Positions 40,809-53,638 of a DNA stretch of 64,000 nucleotides are shown piece by piece. Made by a program: the position numbers and the translations under genes. The first letter of the stretch is position 1. Every line of letters starts with the position of its first letter. Below the pieces are notes generated by a model that ran no database searches, had not been told where the DNA came from, and was given only the letters and a program-made list of their open reading frames with translations. This DNA is from an uncultured delta proteobacterium (GTDB taxonomy: Bacteria > Desulfobacterota > Binatia > UBA9968): positions 288,001 through 352,000 of the forward strand of contig CAVSHR010000011.1 of the NCBI GenBank assembly GCA_963727625.1, written 5' to 3'.

Positions 40809-42263
40809 TTAGCCCTCTGCGCTTTTGGTGAGCTTTTCCCGCAGAATTTTGTTCACGCTCTGAGGGTTGGCCTTGCCTTGGGTCGCTTTCATGATTTGAC
40901 CGACGAGGAAACCGAATATTTTTTCGTTGCCGGATCGATACTGCGCGACTTGCTTCCCGTTCGCCGCGATCACTTGGTCGATGGCCGCCTCGATGCTGCC
41001 AGTGTCAGAGACTTGCTCAAGCCCTTTTTCGCTGACGATTTGCTGCGGTGATTTATCCGAGTCCAACATTGCATCGAAAACCGTTTTGGCAATCCGGCCG
41101 CTGATTTTGCCCTGGTCGATCAACTGCACCAATTGAGCTAAATGCGGCGCCGGTACCGGCCAATGATCAATCTGGAGCTGGTCGTCGAGCTTGCGTTCCT
41201 TGAGCACGCGAAACAGATCGCCGACGATCCAATTGCTGAGCGCCTTGGCGCTGCCGTGAAGTTTTACCGCGGCCTCGAAATAGTCCGCGACGTCCTTTCG
41301 GCTGGTGAGCAACTCGGCGTCGTAGACGGGCAAGCCGAAGTCGGCCATGAAGCGCGCCTTGCGCGGCGCCGGCAGCTCCGGCAAAGCCGCGCGGATTTCG
41401 CCTATCCAGTCGTCGTCGATCACCAGCGGCGGCAAATCCGGATCGGGAAAATATCGATAATCATGCGCCGATTCCTTCGAACGCATGGAACGGGTTTCCG
41501 AGCGGTGCTCGTCCCACAGGCGGGTTTCTTGAACCAGCCCGACGTCTTGCGAGAGCGCATCGATCTGCCGCTCGACTTCAAACTCGATGGCGCTTTCGAC
41601 GGCTTTGAACGAGTTTAAGTTTTTAATCTCGATCTTAATGCCCAGGACTTCGCTGCCCTCGGGACGCACCGAGACGTTGGCGTCGCAGCGGAAACTGCCT
41701 TCTTCCATGTTGCCGTCACAGACGCCGAGGTATTGGAGGATGGCCCTGAGTGTTCGTAGATACGCGCCGGCTTCGACGCGCGAGCGCAGGTCCGGTTCGC
41801 TCACGATCTCCAGGAGCGGCACGCCGGCGCGGTTTAAATCGACTAGACTCGAGTCGCCGTGCGCATCGTGGATATTTTTTCCGGCGTCTTCCTCCATGTG
41901 AATGCGCGTCAAGCGCACTCGCTTCACGGCGCCGTCGAGCGCGATGTCGATATAACCGTTGGTGCAAATCGGCAGCTCGAATTGGCTGATCTGGTAGCCC
42001 TTGGGCAGATCGGGGTAAAAATAGTTCTTGCGCGCCAGCACGCTGGAGCGGGCGATCTGGCAGTGGGTTGCCAGTCCCGCCTTGATGGCGAATTCGACGA
42101 CGCGTTTGTTGAGCACCGGCAAGACGCCGGGAAAGCCCGCGCAAACCGGACAGGCGTTGTGATTGGGCGGCTGGCCGAAGCGGGTCGAACAGCCGCAAAA
42201 AATTTTCGACTCGGTGAGCAGCTGGGCGTGAACTTCCAGGCCGATGACGCTTTCGTGCTTCAT
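40809..42263 (-). CDS. gatB: Asp/Glu-tRNA amidotransferase subunit B
   Basis: [37 protein letters not shown]. Confidence 0.98.
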   Translation of the reverse strand: MKHESVIGLEVHAQLLTESKIFCGCSTRFGQPPNHNACPVCAGFPGVLPVLNKRVVEFAIKAGLATHCQIARSSVLARKNYFYPDLPKGYQISQFELPICTNGYIDIALDGAVKRVRLTRIHMEEDAGKNIHDAHGDSSLVDLNRAGVPLLEIVSEPDLRSRVEAGAYLRTLRAILQYLGVCDGNMEEGSFRCDANVSVRPEGSEVLGIKIEIKNLNSFKAVESAIEFEVERQIDALSQDVGLVQETRLWDEHRSETRSMRSKESAHDYRYFPDPDLPPLVIDDDWIGEIRAALPELPAPRKARFMADFGLPVYDAELLTSRKDVADYFEAAVKLHGSAKALSNWIVGDLFRVLKERKLDDQLQIDHWPVPAPHLAQLVQLIDQGKISGRIAKTVFDAMLDSDKSPQQIVSEKGLEQVSDTGSIEAAIDQVIAANGKQVAQYRSGNEKIFGFLVGQIMKATQGKANPQSVNKILREKLTKSAEG

Positions 42264-42349
42264 GATGGAAGAGTCAAAAGTTCAAAATTCAAAATTAAAA
42301 AACCTCTGAAGTGATGGTGCTTCTTCGACATGGGCGAGTTTTTTCAATT

Positions 42350-43825
42350 TTAACTTTTAATTTTTAATTCTATCTCCGGTTTTTTCTTGTGCCACTCGGT
42401 GGATTGTTCGTAATGATAGGCCACGCGCAGGATCGTCGCTTCGTCGAAGGGCTTGCCGATAATCTGCAGACCGATCGGCATGCCCTCGCCATCGTAGCCA
42501 CAGGGGAGCGAGAGCGCCGGCAATCCGGCAAGATTGATCGAGATCGTGTAGATGTCGGAAAGATACATCTGCAGCGGATCTTGGGTTTTTTCGCCGAGCT
42601 TAAACGCCGTCGTCGGCGCGGTCGGCGTGATGATCGCGTCGCAGCGCTTGAACGCCGCTTCGAAGTCGCGTTTGATCAGCCTGCGCACGCGCTGGGCTTT
42701 GAGGTAATAAGCGTCGTAGTAGCCTGCCGATAGAGCGTAAGTGCCGAGCATGATGCGCCGTTTGACTTCGGCGCCAAAACCGTCATCGCGGCTGATCATG
42801 TAAGTCTCGATCAAGTCCTTGGCGTCGGCGCGATAACCGAAGCGCATGCCGTCGTAGCGCGCCAGATTGGAGCTCGCCTCGGCGGTGGCGACGATATAGT
42901 ACACCGCCACCGCGTATTCGGTATGGGGCAGGGATATCGTTTCGATCGCCGCGCCGTTTTTTTCCAGATCGGCGATCGCCCGGCGCACTGCTTGATCGAC
43001 TTCCGCCTGCATGCCGGGAACGAAATATTCGTTCGGGATGCCGATGCGCAGTCCTTTGACGTTGCCGCCCAACAGCTCGGAATAATTTGGCGGATCGCGT
43101 TGGGTCGAGGTGGAGTCAGCCGGATCATAGCCGGCGATTGCTTCCAGTAAGAGCGCGTTGTCGCGCACGTCCTTGGTCATCGGTCCGACTTGGTCCATGG
43201 ACGAGGCGAAGGCGATGATGCCGAAGCGGCTCACACGGCCATAGGTCGGTTTGAGGCCGACGATACCGCAACAGGCTGCCGGCTGGCGGATCGAGCCGCC
43301 GGTGTCGGTGCCGAGCGCGGCGATACACTCGTCGGCGGCGACGGCGGCCGCCGAGCCGCCGGAAGAGCCGCCGGGTATGCGCTCCAAGTTCCATGGATTG
43401 CGGGTCGGAAAGAAAGCGGAGTTCTCCGCCGACGATCCCATGGCGAATTCATCGAGGTTGGTTTTGCCGACGATCACAGCGCCGGCGGCGCGAAGCTTTT
43501 GCACCGTTGTCGCATCGTAAGGCGGAATAAACTCGCCGAGAATTTTCGACGCGCAGGTGGTGCGCAATCCTTGAGTGAGAAAATTATCTTTCAGCGCGAG
43601 GGGCAGGCCCAAAAGGGGAGCGTGGACGCCGTCTTGTTTAAGCCGCCGGTCCGCTTCGCGCGCTTGTGCCAAGGCGCCTTCCCGCGCCAGCGTTAGGAAG
43701 GCATGAATTTGTTCGTCCACCGCCGCAATGCGCTCGAACACCGCCTCGGTGAGCTGCACGGACGAGATCTCGCCTTGACGCAATTTTTCGCTGGCATCGG
43801 CGAGCGTGAGTGCGGCGAGGTTCAT
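42350..43825 (-). CDS. gatA: Asp/Glu-tRNA amidotransferase subunit A
   Basis: [19 protein letters not shown]; start MNLAAL overlaps gatC stop. Confidence 0.97.
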   Translation of the reverse strand: MNLAALTLADASEKLRQGEISSVQLTEAVFERIAAVDEQIHAFLTLAREGALAQAREADRRLKQDGVHAPLLGLPLALKDNFLTQGLRTTCASKILGEFIPPYDATTVQKLRAAGAVIVGKTNLDEFAMGSSAENSAFFPTRNPWNLERIPGGSSGGSAAAVAADECIAALGTDTGGSIRQPAACCGIVGLKPTYGRVSRFGIIAFASSMDQVGPMTKDVRDNALLLEAIAGYDPADSTSTQRDPPNYSELLGGNVKGLRIGIPNEYFVPGMQAEVDQAVRRAIADLEKNGAAIETISLPHTEYAVAVYYIVATAEASSNLARYDGMRFGYRADAKDLIETYMISRDDGFGAEVKRRIMLGTYALSAGYYDAYYLKAQRVRRLIKRDFEAAFKRCDAIITPTAPTTAFKLGEKTQDPLQMYLSDIYTISINLAGLPALSLPCGYDGEGMPIGLQIIGKPFDEATILRVAYHYEQSTEWHKKKPEIELKIKS

Positions 43826-44109
43826 TCGATGATCTTCGGAACTTTGAAGAAAGCGGCATCGCGATCCGGCGCGTTGGCCAACAAGGCCTCGGCGTTCGGG
43901 CGATTGGTGACCGCGTCCTGGCGCAGTGCATTGACGCTGTCCACGACGTGGCTGAACGGCTCCACTTGGGCGGTATCGAGCTCGGCGAGCTTGTTCATGT
44001 ATGCCAATATGGAGTCGAGTTGCCGGGTCAACAGGGTTTGTTCTACCGGGGTCAACTTCAAGCGCGCCAGCAGCGCCACGCGTTGCACCTCTTCGACGGT
44101 GAGCATCAT
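43822..44109 (-). CDS. gatC: Asp/Glu-tRNA amidotransferase subunit C
   Basis: [25 protein letters not shown]. Confidence 0.95.
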   Translation of the reverse strand: MMLTVEEVQRVALLARLKLTPVEQTLLTRQLDSILAYMNKLAELDTAQVEPFSHVVDSVNALRQDAVTNRPNAEALLANAPDRDAAFFKVPKIIE

Positions 44110-44225
44110 GGGAAATTGTTAACATACGGGCGCATGAATGCCAATCTTTGAAGCGGGGCAAAAGCGAGCTTTCAAGAGTCCAATTTATTTGCAGTTCCGC
44201 GGCCTTTTGGCTACAACAGAGGGCC

Positions 44226-44918
44226 ATGAACCGCGGCCAACTGTCACTGCCGGTGGGAAACGCAAAGCCGCTGCAGTTTCGTGATTTCGAAAAGCAGAGT
44301 TACGCCCGCGGGTTTAAATTTATCGCCGGCATCGACGAGGCGGGGCGCGGCCCCCTCGCGGGTCCGGTGGTTGCTGCGGCCGTGATCCTGCCGCGCGGAT
44401 TTGTTCATTCGGAGATTAGAGATTCCAAATTACTGTCGGCGCAGAAACGGGAGAAGCTGGCGCCGGTGATCCGGCAAGAATCCGTTTGCTGGGGCGTGGG
44501 CGTCGTTGAGGTCGATGAAATCGATCGGATCAATATCCTGCAAGCCAGCCTGCTCGCCATGGTCAAAGCGCTGGCGGCTTTGACCTCGAAGCCCGATTGC
44601 GTGCTGATCGATGGTAATCAGCCGATCCCGCGATCCCTGTTTCTCAGGGGCGATTTCGCCGGCGGAAATTCGCTCTATCAAAAAACCATTATCAAGGGCG
44701 ATCTGTTGTGCCTCTCGATCGCCGCGGCATCAATCATCGCTAAAGTCGCCCGCGACCGCATGATGATCGAGCTCGACCAACAGTATCCGGAGTACGGTTT
44801 TGCCAGCCATAAAGGTTATAGTTGCACGGCGCATTTCGAAGCGCTGCGCCGCTACGGACCGTCGCCGATTCACCGGCAGAGCTTCAAGCCGGTGCGCGCC
44901 GCTGCGTTGGCACGATGA
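44226..44918 (+). CDS. rnhB: Ribonuclease HII
   Basis: [29 protein letters not shown]. Confidence 0.97.
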   Translation: MNRGQLSLPVGNAKPLQFRDFEKQSYARGFKFIAGIDEAGRGPLAGPVVAAAVILPRGFVHSEIRDSKLLSAQKREKLAPVIRQESVCWGVGVVEVDEIDRINILQASLLAMVKALAALTSKPDCVLIDGNQPIPRSLFLRGDFAGGNSLYQKTIIKGDLLCLSIAAASIIAKVARDRMMIELDQQYPEYGFASHKGYSCTAHFEALRRYGPSPIHRQSFKPVRAAALAR

Positions 44919-45286
44919 GTGTCAACAAAGCAAAACAGGTTCTCGGCAAAGAAGGCGAGCTTATCGCCGAGCGATTTCTCAAGAAAAAGGGTTACAAACT
45001 GGTCGAGCGCAATTATCGCTGCAAGACCGGGGAAATCGACCTGATCGTGCTCGACCGCCGCGTGATTGTCTTCGTCGAAGTGAAGACCCGCACAGGTCAC
45101 GGCTTCGGCACGCCGTTGGAGGCCGTGGAGTTTAGAAAACAGAAAAAAATGATTCACGCGGCGCAATATTTTTTGTCGGAGAAGGGGCTGCATCAGCGCG
45201 AGGCGCGGTTCGACGTGATCGGCATTTCCTGGCCGCGGCGCGAGCCAGTGGTGGAGCATATCGAAAACGCTTTTGAGCTGTCGTAG
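44915..45286 (+). CDS. YraN family protein
   Basis: LGKEGE, ERNYR, GEIDLI, FVEVKTR, RFDV. Confidence 0.93.
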   Translation: MSVNKAKQVLGKEGELIAERFLKKKGYKLVERNYRCKTGEIDLIVLDRRVIVFVEVKTRTGHGFGTPLEAVEFRKQKKMIHAAQYFLSEKGLHQREARFDVIGISWPRREPVVEHIENAFELS

Positions 45287-45406
45287 ACTTCGCGCGAAGG
45301 GCAAGGGCCCGGGGCTAAGTGTTAAGAATCGCGATCCCACGCCATGCCGTAGAGAATTTCCACGCAATGCACTATGCGCCAGGCGCTTTGCTGCCGGAGC
45401 TAATAG

Positions 45407-46687
<1,281 letters not shown>

Positions 46688-46798
46688 CGAGCTTCGAACC
46701 GATCAATAGGGCGTTGATGGGCGGCGGCGCGGGGTCACCTCGCGGCTGACGCCTCGATACGCTCCCGGCACCGAGTTTTTTTGCGGAGACAGGCATTT

Positions 46799-48550
46799 AT
46801 GAGCGTTAAACCAAACCGGTTTTTTCAATTGATCTTGATTAAGCCGTCCCACTACGACGACGACGGTTACGTTATTCAATGGGCTCGTGCGGCGATTCCG
46901 GCGAATTCCCTGGCGACAATTTACGCGTTGGCGCTCGACTGTGCCGAGCGCCAAGTCCTGGGGCAGGACGTGGAAATCGTCATCAGCGCCTTAGATGAGA
47001 CGAACACGCGCGTGCGACCTGAGCGGATCGTCCGCAAGATTAAAGCGGACGGGAGCCGCGGCTTGGTTTGCCTGGTGGGCGTCCAGAGCAATCAATTTCC
47101 TCGTGCCGTGGATATCGCCCGGCCGCTGCGGGCCGCGGGCATCGCGGTATGCATCGGCGGGTTTCACGTGAGCGGCTCTCTCGCGATGCTGCCAGAGCTC
47201 GCCCCGGAGTTGCGTGAAGCGATGGACCTCGGCATTACCCTGTTCGCCGGCGAGGCCGAAGGGCGCTTCGAAGTACTGCTGAAGTCCGCCTATAGGGGGA
47301 CGCTTGAGCCGATCTACAATTACATGAGCGATTTGCCCGCGCTCGAGGGCGCGCCACCGCCCTATCTCCCGGCGGACGTGGTGCGCAAAACCAGGTCGAT
47401 GCGCACGAGCTTCGACGCCGGGCGCGGCTGTCCTTTTCTCTGCAGCTTTTGCACGATCATCAACGTGCAAGGACGAAAGTCCCGTTCGCGCAGCGCCGAC
47501 GACGTTGAACGCATCGTGCGCGCGAATCTCGCGCAGGGGATCAACAATTTCTTCATCACTGACGATAACCTTGCGCGCAATCAGAGCTGGGAGGCGATTT
47601 TCGACCGGCTGATCAAGCTGCGGGAAGAGGAAGGCCGGCAATTCTACCTGATGGCGCAGGTGGATACGATGTGTCACAAAATCCGCGGTTTCATCGACAA
47701 GGGCCGGCGGGCCGGGATCACCCGTGTTTTCATCGGTCTTGAAAATATCAATCCCGACGCGCTCAAAAACGCCCGCAAGGGCCAGAATCAAATCACCGAA
47801 TATCGCGCGATGCTGCAAGCATGGCATCGTGTTGGTGCGCTGACTTACGCCGGCTACATATTGGGTTTTCCCGGCGATACCCCGGCCTCGATCGAGCGCG
47901 ACCTTGGCATCATTCAACGCGAGCTTCCCGTCGACATCTTGGAGTTTTTCATTCTCACGCCGCTGCCGGGTTCAGCGGATCACAAGAAGCTTTACTCGGA
48001 AGGCGTAGAGATGGACGGAGACTTGAACAAGTACGATTTGACTCACGTGACGACTCATCATCCCCTGATGTCGAACGAAGAGCTTAAGGCGGTCTACGAG
48101 AGGGCGTGGGAACTTTATTATTCGCCGGAGCATATAGCGACCATCCTGCGCCGTACCAAGGAGTCGGGGTACAATTTAGGTAATATGACGATGAAGCTTT
48201 TCTCCTTCGAGGCCCCCGCGCGCATCGACAGAGTCCACCCGTTGGAAGCGGGAATTTTCCGGCGCAAGTATAGGCGCGATCGAAGGTATGGATTGCCGCT
48301 GGAAAGCCCTGGGGGTTTTTACGTTCGCTTCGGGTGGGACATCTTATCGCGGGTCTGGCAGTATGCCAGCATGTACTGGCGCTACCGGCGGATTCTCAAG
48401 CGCGTTGAGAGAGATTCCGGGCCCTACAGCGATTTGGCGTTGACACCGGTGCAGGACGTCGAGCTCGCAAACCTGGAGTTGTATAAAAGTACGCGCGGCG
48501 CCGAGGCCGTAGTGGCGAAGGTTCGGCGACATCAAGCGATGCGCGCTTGA
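46799..48550 (+). CDS. B12-binding radical SAM protein
   Basis: GRGCPFLCSFC; N-terminal cobalamin-binding region (IGGFHVSG, GEAEG). Confidence 0.88.
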   Translation: MSVKPNRFFQLILIKPSHYDDDGYVIQWARAAIPANSLATIYALALDCAERQVLGQDVEIVISALDETNTRVRPERIVRKIKADGSRGLVCLVGVQSNQFPRAVDIARPLRAAGIAVCIGGFHVSGSLAMLPELAPELREAMDLGITLFAGEAEGRFEVLLKSAYRGTLEPIYNYMSDLPALEGAPPPYLPADVVRKTRSMRTSFDAGRGCPFLCSFCTIINVQGRKSRSRSADDVERIVRANLAQGINNFFITDDNLARNQSWEAIFDRLIKLREEEGRQFYLMAQVDTMCHKIRGFIDKGRRAGITRVFIGLENINPDALKNARKGQNQITEYRAMLQAWHRVGALTYAGYILGFPGDTPASIERDLGIIQRELPVDILEFFILTPLPGSADHKKLYSEGVEMDGDLNKYDLTHVTTHHPLMSNEELKAVYERAWELYYSPEHIATILRRTKESGYNLGNMTMKLFSFEAPARIDRVHPLEAGIFRRKYRRDRRYGLPLESPGGFYVRFGWDILSRVWQYASMYWRYRRILKRVERDSGPYSDLALTPVQDVELANLELYKSTRGAEAVVAKVRRHQAMRA

Positions 48551-48777
48551 GCCGCAATTTCTTAGAAGCGATCGACTTTCGAAATGCGGCATGGTTCGAA
48601 CGTTCCCAGTGTCGAGCCGTGTTTCATATCCCGACTGAGGCGTTGTTTCGATTAAGGGCCATAAAAAGCAAATCTTACATCGAATCTTGTAACCTCTTTT
48701 CCTAATCGTTATTCTGGTCCTCCGTGATTGGTTGAGTAGCTTCCAGGCCTCCATCGACCTATCAAACTCATCGTCTC

Positions 48778-48866
48778 GGAGGGGTGGGTGAGCGGTTGAA
48801 ACCACCGGTCTTGAAAACCGGCGTCCCCTTGCGGGACCGCGAGTTCGAATCTCGCCCCCTCCGCCA
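48778..48866 (+). tRNA. tRNA-Ser(UGA)
   Basis: GGAGGGG acceptor, CTTGAAA loop, long variable arm, GTTCGAATC, CCA. Confidence 0.95.
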
Positions 48867-48935
48867 CACTTAAGCGCTGACTGCCGAGTAAGGAGTGCTG
48901 AAGTTGGTTAGTGCTTCATCGAAAGGTTAGCGTGT

Positions 48936-50339
48936 ATGTCCAACATTATGGTTCCTTCGTTACAATTTCTCGGCGCGGCGGGAGGCGTTACCGGATCGAA
49001 GTATCTATTCTCCTATGGCGACGATCAAGTGCTGATCGATTGCGGCTTGTTTCAGGGACTGAAGGATCTGCGCTTGCGAAACTGGGCGCCGGTGCCGGTC
49101 GATCTAGGGCGTCTGCGCGCGGTCGTTTTGACCCATGCGCATATCGATCACTCCGGTTATCTGCCGCGGCTTGTTGCCAAAGGTTATAAGGGGCCGGTGT
49201 TTGCAACCGCGGGCACCTGCGATCTATTAGGTGTGATGCTTCCGGACGCGGCGCATCTCCAGGAAGAAGAAGCGCGCTATGCGAACCGTAAGGGCTATTC
49301 CAAGCATACGCCGGCGTTGCCACTTTACACGGTGGAGGACGCCGAACATGCGTTGACGCTTTTGCGTCCGACGCGAGTCGGCGAATCCGTCGAGGTGATC
49401 AAAGGAGTCTTTCTCAACTTCGCCCGCGTCGGTCATATTCTTGGCGCCGCCTCGGCGCGTTTATCGTTCGAAGTGAACGGCCAAAGAAAGACCCTGCTGG
49501 ATTCCGGCGATCTTGGCCGTTACGGCCGGCCGATTCTCAAAGATCCTGAGCCGGCCGGGACGGCAGACTGGCTGATGATTGAATCGACCTACGGTGACCG
49601 CATGCATCCCAAGGAGTCGGAAACGGCGCTGCGCGGGATCATCAAAGAAACGGCCCAGCAACGCCGTTGTCTTTTGATTCCGGCGTTTGCCATTGGCAGA
49701 ACGCAGGAATTGGTCTACATGATTCGCAAGATGGAGGAGGCGGGCGAGATCCCGCCGATCCCCGTCTACGTCGACAGCCCGATGGCAATCGAAGCGACGG
49801 AGATTTATTCGCATCACACCGAAGAACATGATTTCGCGATGGCGCGGCTCAGTAATCATGAACGCAATCCGCTGCGGTCGCGCAATATGATAGTGGCCAG
49901 ATCGCCGGAACAATCGAAAGCGATCAATGACAGGAAGGGCCCGCTGATTGTAATCTCCGCGAGCGGGATGGCCACTGGCGGTCGCGTTCTGCATCATCTC
50001 AAGCGTCGTTTACCCATGCCGGATACCACGGTGCTCTTGGTCGGATATCAGGCGGAAGGAACACGCGGACGCCTGCTTCAGGACGGCGCCAAGGAAGTCA
50101 AAATGCTCGGCGAGATAATCCCGGTACGGGCCAGCGTCAAGGTCGTCGACGGTTTTTCCGCGCACGCCGATCAGGGCGAGATCTTGCGCTGGCTCGGGAC
50201 GTTTAAGAAAGCGCCGCATAGGACTTATATCGTGCATGGCGAGCCGCCGGCGGCCAAGGCATTGGCGGAAGTGATTCGCGAGCGGCTCGCGTGGCAGGTG
50301 GAGGTCGCCAAGCATCAGCAGAAGGTGATGCTGGCGTAA
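48936..50339 (+). CDS. MBL-fold beta-CASP RNA-metabolising hydrolase
   Basis: THAHIDHSG, GHILG, ESTYGDR, FSAHAD, VHGE. Confidence 0.92.
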   Translation: MSNIMVPSLQFLGAAGGVTGSKYLFSYGDDQVLIDCGLFQGLKDLRLRNWAPVPVDLGRLRAVVLTHAHIDHSGYLPRLVAKGYKGPVFATAGTCDLLGVMLPDAAHLQEEEARYANRKGYSKHTPALPLYTVEDAEHALTLLRPTRVGESVEVIKGVFLNFARVGHILGAASARLSFEVNGQRKTLLDSGDLGRYGRPILKDPEPAGTADWLMIESTYGDRMHPKESETALRGIIKETAQQRRCLLIPAFAIGRTQELVYMIRKMEEAGEIPPIPVYVDSPMAIEATEIYSHHTEEHDFAMARLSNHERNPLRSRNMIVARSPEQSKAINDRKGPLIVISASGMATGGRVLHHLKRRLPMPDTTVLLVGYQAEGTRGRLLQDGAKEVKMLGEIIPVRASVKVVDGFSAHADQGEILRWLGTFKKAPHRTYIVHGEPPAAKALAEVIRERLAWQVEVAKHQQKVMLA

Positions 50340-50409
50340 TGGCGACGTATTCGCCAGGAAGCGATTGACTCCCGCGAAGTCGCTAAGCGCGCATGAGACA
50401 GGGACCGAC

Positions 50410-50493
50410 CCGATGATCGCCAGCGCGGCGATGTTCTTCCGCTCCATTTCAGTCATCAGCAACGCGCTGCGCCTCAACCGGCTCGAGCTGTAG
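50410..50493 (+). pseudogene. C-terminal remnant of a Cu-type P1B ATPase
   Basis: Translates PMIASAAMFFRSISVISNALRLNRLEL*, resembling the CopA last-TM motif. Confidence 0.75.
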
Positions 50494-50712
50494 TCGTTAT
50501 CTTTGCCTCAACCAAAAATATGATTCGTACGTGCAATCGCCCAATTCGGCGGCAGCCATTGCTTAAGAATTGGACCGACGAGCGGATAAGGATCATCGCT
50601 CGAATTGGTGCTTGAGGCGTGCGACGACCGGCGTGGCGTTTATTCTTGTGTCGCGAAATATTTCCATTTATCGGAGTATTAGAGTAAAGAAAGCTTAGCG
50701 AAGAATGGCCCG

Positions 50713-50728
50713 TGGCCTGCTTTTTGCG
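50713..50728 (+). promoter_or_regulatory. Possible sigma54 promoter for ABC operon
   Basis: TGGCCTG-CTTT-TTGCG, 27 nt before ATG. Confidence 0.45.
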
Positions 50729-50755
50729 CGGTAAGTTGGGGATTCGGACGAAAAC

Positions 50756-51862
50756 ATGTCGATATTGAAAATCGAAAACGTTTCAAAAAGTTTTAAAGAT
50801 GTAAAAGCGCTGGATAACGTCAGCTTGGAATTCGACAAAGGAATCCTGTCATTTCTCGGCCCTTCCGGCTGCGGTAAGACCACTCTGCTGCGCTCCATTG
50901 CCGGCCTCGAAGTGCCGGATGCCGGTTTGATCTCGATCGCCGATATAGTTCAGACTTCAATCAAAAGGGGCATACTGGTGCCGCCTTACGCGCGCGAGAT
51001 CGGATTCGTGTTTCAGAATTACGCGCTCTGGCCGCACATGACGGTTTTTAAAAACGTCGCTTTCGGGCTCAAGTTGCGAAAAAAACCGAATGATGAAATT
51101 GAACGAAAAGTGATGACGGCCCTGGAACTGGTCGGTCTGAAAGGGCGCGAGCAACGTTATCCGTCGCAACTGAGCGGCGGCCAGCAGCAGCGCGTCGCCT
51201 TGGCGCGCAGTCTAGCGCTCGAGCCGCGCTTAATCCTTCTCGACGAGCCGCTTAGCAATCTCGACGCCAAACTGCGCGAAGAGATGCGTGTCGAGCTTAA
51301 AAAGTTAATCAAAAAAGTCGGCATCAGCGCGCTGTACGTGACCCACGACCAGGAAGAGGCGTTTACGATTTCCGACGCGGTGGTGGTGATGGAGAGCGGT
51401 AAGATTCTCCAATACGGCGCGCCGGACGAGATTTACAATCGCCCGGCGCATGCGTTTGTCGCTTCGTTCATCGGTCACTCGACCTTGGTCGACGGCAAGG
51501 TTCTGAGCATCAACGGAGCCGACTGCCTGGTTAACATTCCCGATTTCAACGGCGCGATCCTAATTTCGCCGGCGCCGAAAGGTGCGGCGGGGGGCGCTGC
51601 ATGTAAAGTGGTGATCCGCACCACTGAAGTCAAACTCAGCCAGGACGGTTTTCCCGAAGGGACCGATAACGTCATTGAGGGCATCATGACCAGCCGGGAG
51701 TTTCGGGGTGGGTTGACCGATCACCGCATTCAAATCGGCTCGAAAGAATTAGTCGTTACTTCGCACAAGCTCTGCCCGATGATTCGTGTGAACGGCAATG
51801 GTGGCATTACCTTCGTGGCCATCGACCGATCCGCAATCAGCCTGATCATGTCCGCTTTATGA
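50756..51862 (+). CDS. ABC transporter ATP-binding protein (FbpC/PotA type)
   Basis: GPSGCGKT, LSGGQQQRV, LLDEP, THDQEEA. Confidence 0.95.
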   Translation: MSILKIENVSKSFKDVKALDNVSLEFDKGILSFLGPSGCGKTTLLRSIAGLEVPDAGLISIADIVQTSIKRGILVPPYAREIGFVFQNYALWPHMTVFKNVAFGLKLRKKPNDEIERKVMTALELVGLKGREQRYPSQLSGGQQQRVALARSLALEPRLILLDEPLSNLDAKLREEMRVELKKLIKKVGISALYVTHDQEEAFTISDAVVVMESGKILQYGAPDEIYNRPAHAFVASFIGHSTLVDGKVLSINGADCLVNIPDFNGAILISPAPKGAAGGAACKVVIRTTEVKLSQDGFPEGTDNVIEGIMTSREFRGGLTDHRIQIGSKELVVTSHKLCPMIRVNGNGGITFVAIDRSAISLIMSAL

Positions 51863-51903
51863 TCGTGCGTCCTCGATAAATTAGCAGGATTTAGGGAAAG
51901 GAT

Positions 51904-53610
51904 TTGGTCACGGCCAACGGGAATTCACTTCGAATTGCGATGCGGCAAGGCACGCTGGTACCGCTGATCGGCAGCGCGATCGTGGGGGCGGCGATCATCA
52001 CGCCCGTGCTGGTGGTGCTGTGGCGCAGCCTGACCACCGGCAGGTTGGGATTTGCCGTCGGTCTCAACCTGACCAATTACGCGCGCGTCTTCGGCGACAA
52101 AGATATCTTGCCTATGCTTGGCAACTCGGTGGTTTATGCCGCCGGCGCGGCGTTATTAGGAACCTGCCTCGGGGCCTTGCTCGCGTGGATCGTCGCCCGC
52201 ACCAACACACCGGGAAAGGCGTTGGTCGAGCTGATGCCGCTCTATCCAATTCTGATGCCGCCGATCATGAAGAATATCGCCTGGATTTTACTTCTGGCGC
52301 CCCGGTCGGGCATTTTGAACGGTATGTTGCAGCAATTTTTCGGTATCGATACGCCGGTTTTTAACGCTTTTTGCATGGCGGGCATGATCTGGGTGTTCGG
52401 TCTGGCCTGCGTGCCGTTAGGATACCTGTTCCTGCTGCCTATTTTCCTTTCCTTTGATCCGTCGCTGGAAGAAAGCGCCTATATCGCGGGCAGCAGGCCG
52501 CTGCACACCATGTTCAAAATCACTTTTCCGCTGGCGATGCCGGCTTTCCTCTCGGCATTCGTGTTGAATTTTTTGCGCGGACTGCGTTCATTTGAAACCC
52601 CGGTGCTGCAAGGCACGCCGGGCAATATCAAAGTCTTCGTCAGCCGCGTCTACGATTCTATGGCGCTGGAGTTCAACACCGGACTGGCGACCGCGTATAG
52701 CGTCATCCTGGTAGTGCTCTCGGTGATCACGCTGTATTTTTACGTGCGCGCGACGCGCTTTTCCGAGCGCTATGCGACGATCACCGGCAAAGGCTATCGC
52801 GTCAAGGTGATCGATATCGGGCCGTGGAAGTATGTCACGTTTTTGACCGTCTTCGTCTATTTTTTGGTGGGAATCCTGATTCCCTTCATAGTCTTGATCG
52901 TGGTGTCGATGATTCCCTATTTCGACTACGATACCTTTATGAGTTTCCCGTCCAACGCGGTCTTGACCAATTACCATACGGTCATGCACCATCCAAGCTT
53001 TGTCACAGGACTCTACAATTCGCTGGTTCTGTCGGTGACGATCGCTGTGATAACCGTTCTGGCCGGCATCGTCATGGCCTTTACAATTTATCGGACCAGG
53101 GCAACAGGAACGAAGTTATTCGAATTCATCGGCACGCTGCCGCTGGCATTTCCACCGTTGGTGCTCTCGGTTGGCTTGGTGATCATCTTCATCGGCACGC
53201 CGCTCTATAATAGTCTCTTGGCCTTGGGCGCGGGATTGTTTGTCGCCTATTTCCCTTACGCCTTTCGCAACGCTTCCGGCGCCATCGTTAATATCCATAA
53301 GGAGCTGGACGAAGCGGCCTGGGTGCACGGCGCGCGTTGGCGCCATGTGTTTTTCAAAATCACCCTGCCAATTCTCAAGCCGTCGGTAGGCGGCGCGCTT
53401 TTTTATATTTTCATCGAGGCGATGCGCAACGTCGACGTGGCCGTGTTGCTGACCTCGCCCGGTAGGGAGTATGGTCCAGTAACGCTGTTCGAATACTTCC
53501 GGGTCGGCCAGTGGGCGGAAGCCGCGGCCGGCGGAGTGATCTATCTTATTATCTTGATTGTCGCGGTCTCCGTGGCTAAATTTGCGTTCAAAATGAAGTT
53601 CAGTCTGTGA
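51904..53610 (+). CDS. ABC permease, duplicated (FbpB type)
   Basis: Two EAA loops (LEESAYIAGS, LDEAAWVHGA); YATITGKG. Confidence 0.92.
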   Translation: MVTANGNSLRIAMRQGTLVPLIGSAIVGAAIITPVLVVLWRSLTTGRLGFAVGLNLTNYARVFGDKDILPMLGNSVVYAAGAALLGTCLGALLAWIVARTNTPGKALVELMPLYPILMPPIMKNIAWILLLAPRSGILNGMLQQFFGIDTPVFNAFCMAGMIWVFGLACVPLGYLFLLPIFLSFDPSLEESAYIAGSRPLHTMFKITFPLAMPAFLSAFVLNFLRGLRSFETPVLQGTPGNIKVFVSRVYDSMALEFNTGLATAYSVILVVLSVITLYFYVRATRFSERYATITGKGYRVKVIDIGPWKYVTFLTVFVYFLVGILIPFIVLIVVSMIPYFDYDTFMSFPSNAVLTNYHTVMHHPSFVTGLYNSLVLSVTIAVITVLAGIVMAFTIYRTRATGTKLFEFIGTLPLAFPPLVLSVGLVIIFIGTPLYNSLLALGAGLFVAYFPYAFRNASGAIVNIHKELDEAAWVHGARWRHVFFKITLPILKPSVGGALFYIFIEAMRNVDVAVLLTSPGREYGPVTLFEYFRVGQWAEAAAGGVIYLIILIVAVSVAKFAFKMKFSL

Positions 53611-53638
53611 AGTCGCGTCTAAATAGGGATTCAAAAAA

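Noticed and set aside
43826-44227. Long N-terminal extension of GatA in the ORF track
   Set aside because: Overlaps gatC in another frame; homology starts at MNLAAL (43825)
46799-48550. Radical SAM as part of a RiPP cluster
   Set aside because: No precursor peptide, PqqD/RRE or exporter adjacent
48778-48866. tRNA-Sec or suppressor tRNA
   Set aside because: Anticodon UGA reads UCA (Ser); tRNA-Sec would have anticodon UCA and a longer acceptor stem
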